Of a DNA stretch of 45,201 nucleotides, positions 1-9,000 are shown in pieces. Within the stretch, counting starts at the first letter, position 1; each line of letters begins with the position of its first letter. Below the pieces are notes generated by a model. It saw only the letters and a program-made list of their open reading frames with translations, made no database searches and was not told where the DNA came from. Both the position numbers and the translations under genes were made by a program. This DNA is from Candidatus Omnitrophota bacterium (GTDB lineage Bacteria > Omnitrophota > Gorgyraeia > 2-01-FULL-45-10): NCBI GenBank assembly GCA_026387165.1, contig JAPLMG010000015.1, forward strand, positions 1-45,201. Reading direction: 5' to 3'.

Positions 1-93
1 AGATAGTAAGATTCGGCGATTCAGATATATTGAATAATATCGACGGGGTTTATGAAGTAATTCAGGGGGTTATAGAAAACAGGAAAAAGATTG

Positions 94-176
94 TCCCCCT
101 CACCTTAATCCTCTCCCCCGGAAGGGGGAGAGGAAATATAAGGGCTAAAATCCTCTCCGCAAAAGGTGAGAGGGGA
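94..176. repeat. GC-rich REP-like palindromic element (two hairpins) in the intergenic or 3' region of an upstream gene
   Basis: Perfect 10-bp stem CCTCTCCCCC (110-119) / GGGGGAGAGG (124-133) with GGAA loop. A second imperfect hairpin is CCTCTC (152-157) / GAGAGG (168-173). Its translation (LSPGRGRG, SAKGERG) looks like the typical artefact of such repeats. Confidence 0.5.
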
Positions 177-267
177 TGCAGGGCAAAAAGAAATGGAGAT
201 TTAGGATTCTCCGATGAGAAAATAATTTTGTGAATGGCACGTCTGTATATAAAAGGAGGAAAATGTC

Positions 268-1125
268 ATGAAGCAATCACAGTCACTTGTTCTTTTTCAT
301 CAAAACACTGTGCGTAGACATTGGGATGGCGACAAGGAGCTTTGGTATTTTTCTGTAGTGGACGTGGTTCAGGCTTTAACAGATCAGCCAAATTTTCAAA
401 CGGCTCGAAAATATTGGAATAAACTAAAAGAAAGGCTAAAAAAGGAAGGCAGTGAGTCGGTGACAAATTGTCACCAACTGAAAATGCGGGCCGCCGACGG
501 CAAATTTTACTTTACAGATGCTGCCGATACCGAGACGCTTCTGCGCCTCATTCAATCCATCCCCTCGCCTAAGGCGGAACCGTTCAAGTTATGGCTGGCC
601 AAAGTAGGCTACGAACGCATAGAAGAAACCGAGGACCCTGAGCTGGCGATGGAACGGGCCATGAAAACATATCTTAAGAAAGGGTATTCGAGAGAATGGA
701 TCAATCAGCGGCTCAAAAGCATTGAAGTGCGCAAAGATCTGACCGATGAGTGGCAGGATCGGGGCATGAAAGAGGGTATAGAATACGCGATATTAACCGA
801 TGAGATCACGCGCGCATGGGCAGGCAGAAGCGTGAAGGGGTACAAAAAAATCAAAGGCCTCAAGAAGCAAAATCTGCGCGATAATATGACCAACCTTGAG
901 CTGGTGCTCAACATGCTTGCCGAAGCGTCAACCGCGGCAATCTCCAAAAAGAGACTGCCCAGGGGCCTGCCGGCAAACAAACAAGTTGCGCGCCAGGGCG
1001 GCATAGTGGCGGGCAAAGCGCGCGCCGAGATAGAAAAGCGTACCGGAGAGAGCGTTATTACCGGCGCCTCTGGCCGCGCGCTTCTGAAAGACAAAGCCAA
1101 AAAAGCGCTATATAAAAAGGTTTAA
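268..1125 (+). CDS. Bro-N domain protein, DinD-like (DNA-damage-inducible protein D / prophage antirepressor family)
   Basis: 285-aa ORF with AGGAGG at 254-259, 8 nt before the ATG, and a TAA stop. The N-terminus (VRRHWDGDKELWYFSVVDVVQAL...LLRLIQSIPSPKAEPFKLWLAKV) fits the Bro-N pattern. The C-terminal part (KGLKKQNLRDNMTNLELVLNMLAEAST) resembles E. coli DinD (KGLKKNQKILDHMGSTELAANLFRATQT) as I recall it. Confidence 0.8.
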   Translation: MKQSQSLVLFHQNTVRRHWDGDKELWYFSVVDVVQALTDQPNFQTARKYWNKLKERLKKEGSESVTNCHQLKMRAADGKFYFTDAADTETLLRLIQSIPSPKAEPFKLWLAKVGYERIEETEDPELAMERAMKTYLKKGYSREWINQRLKSIEVRKDLTDEWQDRGMKEGIEYAILTDEITRAWAGRSVKGYKKIKGLKKQNLRDNMTNLELVLNMLAEASTAAISKKRLPRGLPANKQVARQGGIVAGKARAEIEKRTGESVITGASGRALLKDKAKKALYKKV

Positions 1126-1190
1126 GCAAGATTATTTCTTTAGTGAAACAGCGGGTACCGAAAATATCGGTGCCTTGCGGACTAAAAAGA

Positions 1191-1216
1191 GATTGCTACG
1201 CTTCGCTCGCAATAAC
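1191..1216. repeat. Half-copy remnant of the palindromic repeat family seen intact at 4397-4475
   Basis: GATTGCTACGCTTCGCTCGCAATAAC compares with the right arm GATTGCTTCGCTCCCTTCGGTCGCTCGCAATGAC at 4442-4475. It has the same termini and a shortened interior. Confidence 0.35.
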
Positions 1217-1331
1217 AATAAGGCGTGCCCGCTTCGTTAAGCGTGAGCCCCATATCACCCATATGGACTCGGGCGCGATGCCGGGCACGTTTTTCGCTCG
1301 ACCCTTCGGCCTTTCGTTCCAGCCTAACCCA

Positions 1332-1360
1332 TTGCAAATTTGATAAAAATAGTGTATACT
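1332..1360 (+). promoter_or_regulatory. Candidate sigma70-type promoter of the abiE operon
   Basis: TTGCAA (1332-1337), a 17-bp spacer, then TATACT (1355-1360), in an AT-rich tract about 60 nt upstream of the 1421 start. Confidence 0.4.
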
Positions 1361-1384
1361 TTAAATAGATGAAAAGAGCAGCAG

Positions 1385-1400
1385 TTTAGTTATAACTAAA
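1385..1400. promoter_or_regulatory. Perfect 16-bp palindrome, candidate AbiEi operator
   Basis: TTTAGTTATAACTAAA is its own reverse complement. It lies between the putative -10 and the start codon. AbiEi antitoxins are known to autorepress through inverted repeats in their promoters. Confidence 0.4.
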
Positions 1401-1420
1401 TAAAACAACTTATTATATCT

Positions 1421-2203
1421 ATGGAAAAATACAATTCATTACAGTTAAGGGAAGTTTTCCACCTGGAGTTCTTAAGGCGGCTCGGCAGGGCGGTAAAGGC
1501 GGAAAATTATGCCGTCAAAGGCGGTGTTAATTTGAGATTTTTCTTTAAAAGTTTTCGCTATTCCGAAGATATGGATATTGACCTCCGCGGAATAGGCGTC
1601 GTCCCCCTCAAAGAGACCGTAATGAAGATACTTGATAATAGCTCATTCCAGGAAAATCTTAAGCCATTCGGAATAACGGGGATAATACCGCCTGATATAG
1701 TTAAAGCGAAGCAGACCGAAACGACACAGCGCTTCAAGGTCCACCTGATCTCATCTTCAGGAGAGGACCTTTTTACAAAAGTGGAATTTTCGCGCAGGGG
1801 TTTTTACGGAAATCCGGTAGTCGGCCTGGTCGATGACGGTATTTTACGCGCATACAAGCTGGCGCCGTTACTGGCGCCGCATTATGACAATTATTCCGCC
1901 GTTATTCAGAAGCTCGGCGCTCTTGCCGCCAGGAAAGCGGTCCAAGCAAGAGATATATTTGACCTGTATATCTTAAGTTCCCAGTATGATATCGGCGGCA
2001 AGCATGTTGACAATATCGGTCCCGAGATCTTCCAAAAAGCGTATGAGCGCATATTTGAGGTCGAGTTCGAACAATTCAGGGATACGGTGGTTTCGTACCT
2101 GTCCGGAGAAGATCAGATGTTGTATGACAAACCAAAGTCGTGGGAAGAGATCAGGTTAAAGGTCGTTAATTTTATCGAAGAGGCGCGTAAATCCAATGCG
2201 TAG
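1421..2203 (+). CDS. abiEii: AbiEii/AbiGii-family nucleotidyltransferase toxin (type IV TA, DUF1814)
   Basis: 260-aa ORF. The motif YAVKGGVNLRFFFKSFRYSEDMDIDL matches the family signature KGG(T)xL...R(F/Y)SxD(L/I)D. It overlaps the next ORF by 8 nt (ATGCGTAG). Confidence 0.85.
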   Translation: MEKYNSLQLREVFHLEFLRRLGRAVKAENYAVKGGVNLRFFFKSFRYSEDMDIDLRGIGVVPLKETVMKILDNSSFQENLKPFGITGIIPPDIVKAKQTETTQRFKVHLISSSGEDLFTKVEFSRRGFYGNPVVGLVDDGILRAYKLAPLLAPHYDNYSAVIQKLGALAARKAVQARDIFDLYILSSQYDIGGKHVDNIGPEIFQKAYERIFEVEFEQFRDTVVSYLSGEDQMLYDKPKSWEEIRLKVVNFIEEARKSNA

Positions 2204-2816
2204 AAGATCGATACTGCCGGCTATTAAAAAACTTGGGCATCAGGTATTTACCACGCACGAATTGTCTTTGGCGTCGGGAAGATCGCTTTCCGTGGTAACC
2301 CAATCTCTCAATAACCTGGTAAGAGAAGGAGTTGTTATTAAAATACGCAGGGGCGTTTGGGCCGAAGAGGGTATTGGAGCGATAAGCCCTTATGCCGTGA
2401 TACCGTATCTGTTTCCCGCCCATCGGGCATATGTCTCATTTATAAGCGCGCTCCATATATATGGCATCATAGAGCAGATCCCGCTGGTAACGACAGTCGC
2501 ATCAACGGCCCACGCCGGGATCATCAAGACGAAGATAGGCACATTTTATGTGCATCATATAACGCCGTCATTCTTTTGCGGGTTCGGTTGGTATAAAGGC
2601 AGCGGCAGTTTCCTGATAGCGGAACCGGAGAAGGCGTTAGTAGACAGCTTATACATTTCGGCGTATAAAGGAAAACGGTTCGGGCGTTTTCCCGAGCTGC
2701 GCTTTCCAAAAACATTCAGTTTTAAAAAAGTTAAAGAATGGATAAACAAGATCCCCAGCCCGAACACCCGTAAGTATGTCAGGAAACAACTGAAAGAAGT
2801 TCACGCCGCCAAATAG
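2196..2816 (+). CDS. abiEi: AbiEi-family antitoxin / wHTH transcriptional regulator (COG5340-like)
   Basis: 206-aa ORF with an N-terminal wHTH-like segment (FTTHELSLASGRSLSVVTQSLNNLVREGVVIKIRRGVW). The typical AbiEi core is also present: AYVSFISALHIYGIIEQIP ... AEPEKALVDSLY. It is translationally coupled to abiEii. Confidence 0.8.
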   Translation: MRRRSILPAIKKLGHQVFTTHELSLASGRSLSVVTQSLNNLVREGVVIKIRRGVWAEEGIGAISPYAVIPYLFPAHRAYVSFISALHIYGIIEQIPLVTTVASTAHAGIIKTKIGTFYVHHITPSFFCGFGWYKGSGSFLIAEPEKALVDSLYISAYKGKRFGRFPELRFPKTFSFKKVKEWINKIPSPNTRKYVRKQLKEVHAAK

Positions 2817-2898
2817 GCACGTTTTTTGCACATCTCAAGACCCACTTTTTTACACTCCTAATCAATCCGCTAACTTTTTAATGTAACTCCTTGTGGAC

Positions 2899-3029
2899 TA
2901 TAATGTTGCAACTTTGTTAAGACTTAAAAAAGCCATAAATCCCATATTGACTTATAATGTATATATGTTACACTCCATGTGTAAGGATGAATAAAAAGAC
3001 AGTTATTAACACATAGTAAGACAAGAGGA
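2899..3029 (+). promoter_or_regulatory. AT-rich leader of the giant gene with -10-like boxes and a Shine-Dalgarno
   Basis: TATAATGT occurs twice (2899-2906 and 2953-2960), and TTGACT at 2947-2952 abuts the second copy. The direct repeat TTACACTCC is at 2850-2858 and 2968-2976. AGAGGA at 3024-3029 lies 9 nt before ATG 3039. No convincing -35 sits at correct spacing, so the promoter call is weak. The SD is good. Confidence 0.35.
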
Positions 3030-3038
3030 ATCTCCAAA

Positions 3039-6000
3039 ATGAATGCTTGGCAGGCACGCCGAAAGGCGCCTCAGAGTGGAGATGTAGAGGAAGTATTATC
3101 ACGCGGCTCTTTATCCACGCGAGAAGAGTTGGGGGCGAGATCGCTTATCATGGATCTGCAGAGCCCCCGTAATAAGAAGTGGATAAGATCGATCGCTCTT
3201 GTTTTAGTCGTCTGCTTTATCAATCAGGATCTCGTCTGGGCGCAGGAAGGAACTCCCGTTTGGTCGAAAGGACAAGGCCACTCGACAGGCTCAGGGCCCG
3301 GCGGGAATTTTGCTGTAAAGACTCAGGCCGTCACCCCCCAGGGCGGCATAGCCATCCCCAAAGACGTCGCCGTCACGAAGGAAGTATACAAATCCACAAA
3401 CGGCGATGCCAGGACGGTCATCAATATCCAGGACGCCCACGCATCGTTAGCCGCGCAGGAATCGATAGCATCCATCCTTGATTCATTGGTAACCAATTAT
3501 GACCTGAAGCTGGTAGCCATAGAAGGCTCTAAAGGCTATATCGATACATCCCTGCTGAAGACATTCCCTGATGAAAATATCCGCAAGAACACGGCAAATT
3601 ACTTCATGAAGAAAGGCAAGCTCTCCGCGGGCGAATTCTTCTCCATCACATCCGACAAAGAGATCTCCCTGTACGGCATTGAAGATAAGCGGCTCTATCT
3701 GGAGAACGTGGAGCAGTTCAGGAAGATCCAGGAGATAAACGAATCGACCAAAAAAGATATCGCCAATCTCACGGCCGCTCTGGAAAACCTGAAAGAGAAG
3801 ATATATTCCAAGGATCTTTTGCTTTTGGATAAGAATTCAGTACTGCACAGGGACGGCAAGATAACATTCAGCGAAAGGTGGGACCTTGTAAGTAAATTGG
3901 CTGCCACTCAAGGTGTAACTTACGAAAAGTATGAGAATCTCAGCAAGCTTGTGGAGTCGCTGAAATTAGAAAAGAAGATAGACTTCCAGAAGGCGAACAA
4001 GGAACGTGACGCGCTGATAGACATATTGAGCAAAAAGATGGTTAAGACCGACCTCGAGCAGCTCGTCCTCAGGAGCTTATCTTTCAAGCAGGGAAAGGTC
4101 TCGCAGGGCGAATATTATCTCTACCTTCAGGAGCTCGCCCGGCATTACGGCGTGGACCCGGAGCCTTACAAAGGCCTCATAACTTACACCGAATATATAA
4201 CGCTGTATGAGTCGATAGACCTTGTAGAGATATTCGAGGAAGTGAGGAAGTTCGAGGACTCGATAAAGGAGAAGATCCTGAAAGATGACTACCAGAGAAA
4301 GCTGCACGGTTTCTCGAGATTTGTCTCTTTAGTCAGCACCCTGTATGAGCTGAAGCTGACCGGCGCAGATACGGGCGAGCTGATTTCCTATATTCCGTCA
4401 TTGCGAGGCCGCGAAGCGGCCGAAGCAATCTCTAAAGGCGGGATTGCTTCGCTCCCTTCGGTCGCTCGCAATGACAAAGAGTTGTCTATCAGCGCAGAGA
4501 CGTTGGCGGCATTCATAAAGAGCGCGTCCCTGAAATACGGCGTCGCGATAGAAGGCGGCTATGACTTAGGCGCGATATTCGCGGAGATAGAGCCGGCGCT
4601 TTCATTCTACAGGACCGCGGAAGAGAGAAACGCCGCGATGCTCGCCAACACGATCAACGAGATGCAGAAGAACGGCCAGAGCGTGGCGGCCTTAGTCACC
4701 GGCGGCTACCATACCAAAGGCCTCACGGAAATTCTAAAACAGAGAGAGACGTCCTACTTAGTCATCCTGCCGAAATTCGATTCATCCAAGGGCGACAGGC
4801 CGTATGTCGCGATACTTACCAATAAGAAGGAGCCTTATGAGAAACTGCTGCAGACAGGGGATTATTATCTCGCGACAACGTCATTCTTCGCCACGCAGGA
4901 CAATTTCAACAACGCGGCCGACATAAGGGCATTTATAAAAGAGCTGGTGCTGGTGGCGATGGCCCAGGCCGTACTGGAAGAAAAGAATCCGAAAAGCGTA
5001 GCTGAGATATGGTTAAACGCGTATGAGGGCAGGCAAAAACAGCTGGGCCTTAGAGACAGCGAAGTGCTATTCACAAGAAAAGAGCTGGAAGGCCTCATAG
5101 GTTCCGTTGAGATCTTAACCATAGAAAAAGGCAAGACGGCGGTGGCATCCATACCCACCGTGAGCTTACGCGGCGAAATCGGCAAAGAAGCGCTTTATTT
5201 GAAGGTCGTCAGGGCAGCGGACGAGACCGGCGTTGATATCGGAGTTCCGACATCCGGGGAATTGGCGAGTTTAATAGCCGCTAAGAAAACTTTAGAGAAT
5301 AGAAGGCCAGTGGTAAAGCCGGATGATCTTGAGGACCGCGTCGCGCGCTTAGAGCAAGAGACGGAAAAACTAAAGAAATATATCAAGACACAGGGGCCGC
5401 AGGATGAAGCTCTCATTATAGCGCGCTTGAAAGAAGCCGGATTATTCCAATATCTGGTCGGCCAATTCGAGGGCCAGCCCGCCGACAAGATAACCGGGGA
5501 CAGCCTGATAGCAAAACTGCGCGCCAAAGGCGTGAGGGTCAGGGACTTCGAGGGCTCCGCGGAAGTTTACGGAGAAGTTAACAGCTTATTGGAGAGGGTC
5601 AAGGCCGCCTCAGCGTCCCAGCTTGCAATCACCGAACTTGCCACCGGAGGGCTTATAACAGCGGCCCGACAACGCGCAATAGAACTGGCAATAGGTGTCG
5701 ATGGTAAAGCCGACATATTACAAGTGCCGCCAGCCGTGCCCGTGGCGCCGGCGCCCGCGCCGGCAGCTGAGGCTGAAGCAAGCGAAGCGCAGCGGGCATT
5801 GATCTTGGCTTGTCTTACCGAGCCATTGAACGAAAATTATAAGCGCCTTATAGATATATTCACAACCAGGAAGCAGACAAGATCTATATCGGACAAAGAG
5901 CTGGTCATAATTGATGAGAAACTTAAGACAGCCCTGGCAGGACAGCTCTCAGGGATATTGCCCGGCAATCCCGCGGTTGCTGAAAATTTGATAGACGACG

Positions 6001-9000
6001 AATCTTTCCGGATCTTCAAGAACGCCTTGCAGGCAGAGCTTAATAAGATAAGAAGCCTCGTTCGCGGCCTCGTCGAGATGTGTAAGGATCTACCGGATGA
6101 TGAAGTTCCGGAAGTTGTCCAAGAGCTGAAAGGGGTTTATGAGCCGGTAGACCCGGGAGAAGGTGTCCCTATAGATGTAGGACGGCTTGTTGATAAAATG
6201 CTTGGAGATAGGCAGATCACGTTTGCTTTGGCGCTTCTGCGTAATATAGATAGAATGGCGAGAGCTGGTAGAAGAGAAGAAGCTATTGAATCGATGAAAA
6301 AATTTGACAGTTTCTTCCCGTCCGATAGTGATGCGATGAAAGATCCCGGGGTAATGGCCGAACGCGGCAGAATAAGAACACTATTAAACATAGATGAAGG
6401 AATATATATCCGCGAGAAACCAGGGAAAGGCCCGGGACTAAAAGGCACAATAAATCTTTTATGGCTCGGAGCGGGGATAACATTCCTCTACCATATGGTC
6501 AAGTCGGCAACACCGGCGCTCGCCGAAACAGGGCAAGGGGTGCAAGCGATAATGGGTTCCGGGATCCATGAGGGCGCTAGAGCCGGACTCGCTGCTATAA
6601 GTACAGGTAATCTTGCCGTCGCGATCTTCGTCGCAGTGGCGGCATTTTTGATATGTATGGAAGACTTTGGTATTTCCAAGCGTAAGCAGCCCGCCCCGCT
6701 GTTTCCCGCGGGTAAGACCATGCTGACCGGTCAACCGCTCGAATGGCAAACGCCAAAGTTCCTTTCGCTGGATAATACGCTTGGAATAATTAACTTCATA
6801 GGCATCATGGCGGTTGCCGAATGCGCAATCGGCGCAGGTATAGGTCTCTTGGGTTTCTGGACGGCCATAGGGGTGTCGTTCGCTTTCGAGTTGGTCATAA
6901 TAAAGACGATCGCAAGATACACGTCCCTAATAGATCTTAAAAAGCATCCTTTCCTGAATATGGCTATTGCTATCCTTTACAATAAGATATTTTCGAAAGT
7001 TTTTATAGGGGCCGCGGCTCTTCTCCTTATCAACATGGCGCGGCCGCCAACGCAGGGAGAAGAGATCCGAGCCATGGTATATACCGGCCAGTCCCGGCCG
7101 ATGTGGAACAGCATCTACCGGATAGTCATGTTCATTGCGCTGAACTTTTTCATATACGCCTTTCTGGTCGTTCTCGGCAGAGCGATAAGGAAGTGGAAGA
7201 AGGAGCCTCTGCCGGAAAGCAATGTGAATGAGAAAGATAGGTCATTCTACAGGAGGCTCAATCTCTTTTTAGGGATAGGCAATATTTCGATACCGGCAAT
7301 AATTCTCATGTTATTTTGGCAAAGGTACGTTAGAATACTGCCCGCCGCTTTTCGGATAGCGGTTCTTTCCTTGGGCACAGTAGTTCTGCTGATGATGTCG
7401 CTCTCAGCCTTAAAATCATATTTCAGCAATAGGAAGGCATGGGCCATGGTCGAGCTGAGCGAACGCATCATAACTTCGAGACGGGATCGCCCGGTAGACT
7501 GGTTGCTTAGAGGGCTCATGAGAAGGTCCAAAATTGGCGCGGGCATTTCTCTTGAGGAGGCAGATAAAGCCAATACTAATCTTAGATTGATAGCCATCGC
7601 TCTGGACGAGCTTGCCCGCAAACTGCGTCTCGGAGGAGAATGGGCCGTAGATGCGGTTATAGCAAAGGCAAACTCTGTCTGGAATAGATTTGACGGCATG
7701 AAAGCATTGGAGAAGGCCGATGATAAAGATGCTATAAAGCTACTTGTGCGCAATAGGGCAAAATTAGGGAGTCTTATTTATAAAAAGACGGCGTCTAATC
7801 TGGATCGGATAAATGCTTCTATAGGTGGTATCTTCGGAGCGGGCATTCTCGCAAGAGCGATATATGAAAGACTTATCAGGGGCGAGACGCCCCTTCATGA
7901 GCCAGGCGTAATACAAGCGGGGATAGGAAATAACCTTTTAGTGCTGTTTGCCGTACTGGCGGCTGTCGTTACAGCTATTGTCATAGTGGTAAAAAAGCTC
8001 AAGGGAACGGCAAAGCAGATCGGTACTGTCAAAGAAGAGAATGCCGCAACGAAAAATGCCAGACGTAGGATTAGAGGAGCAAGTACTGCAATAGAAAACG
8101 CGAAAAGACGCGGGGAAATATTAAGAGAGGCTCAGGCAAAACTCTTAGTAGATAGTTTATATGCCTGCTTAGTGCCGGGGATGCCTCTGGATGTGGCAGA
8201 CGATCTAAAGGGCGCTGTAAGAGAAGTAGAAAGAGCCTGTGGAAAAACATTGACCTCCGCCGTGCCTGCAGAAAAACCCAAAGAGAAACCCGGCCGGACA
8301 GTGCAATCTGCCATTCTCGCGACAGGGCTCGGCATGAAAGTATTGAGCGTATTGAATGTGCTTAATCTCGATCCGGCCGCTGCCGCGTTATTCGGCATAA
8401 TAGGATTAGCGCTCGCCGCAGTAGCGACTATGAGCTTCGCATTTACCAATAGAGCGAATATCCTCTTGTTCTTCGCCCCGCCGGTTCCGGCCCGCGGGCC
8501 TCCGGGCGCTCGTAGACCGGAAGCTGCTCGTCAGCCCGGTAGAGCCGCTCAGCCGCAGCCATCGGCAATAACACCACGGCAAATTTCAACCTCAAAACCT
8601 ACCTTCATCCAGGAGATACCGCTCGAATCCCGCGCGGCACGCCCCAGCGATCCTCAGCAAGCCGCGTTCTATAACGCCCTAAAAGAGCGCGGAATGACCA
8701 TTTCAAAAGGCCAGTTGGCCGCGATAATCGAAAATACCGAAGCGATAGAAGAAGGCCGGAAGATGGTATTCGACCACGCCGCGACAGGCGGCGGTAAAAC
8801 AGTCATAGGCTATGGCACTGCTTATCTCTGGGTTGCGGGAGAACGGGGCAGGCGCGCCTTTGTAGCAACGGCCAAAGATTATGATTCAAAAGACAATGCC
8901 GAGGAAGCGCAAAATGTGTTCTTGACTGATGCCTTAAAAGATAAAAAAATACGCGTTGCTTATATTACAGGCGGTGAAGGCAAAAGAGGCGAAGGCAGGG

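Noticed and set aside
30-233. 67-aa + strand ORF from the track
   Set aside because: Its central part is the translation of the GC-rich palindromic repeat (LSPGRGRG, SAKGERG), and no SD is present. The frame is open from the window start, so the first roughly 90 nt could be the tail of an upstream gene. I cannot support a product.
1154-1295. Possible terminators after the Bro-N gene: hairpin GGTACCGA-AAATA-TCGGTGCC (1154-1174), and CGTGCCCG (1224-1231) pairing with CGGGCACG (1282-1289) followed by TTTTT
   Set aside because: The first hairpin has no U-tract. The second has a loop of about 50 nt, too large for a canonical intrinsic terminator. It could still be a structured RNA, but that is not supportable by eye.
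1143-1343. 66-aa + strand ORF between the Bro-N gene and abiEii
   Set aside because: It has no SD. It reads through the palindromic-repeat remnant (RDCYASLAIT) and GC-rich stem sequences, and its composition looks non-coding.
2172-2831. Small ORFs overlapping abiEi on both strands (2172-2423, 2357-2596, 2524-2715, 2555-2767, 2649-2831)
   Set aside because: They are fully contained in a well-supported AbiEi-family CDS and have no recognisable motifs.
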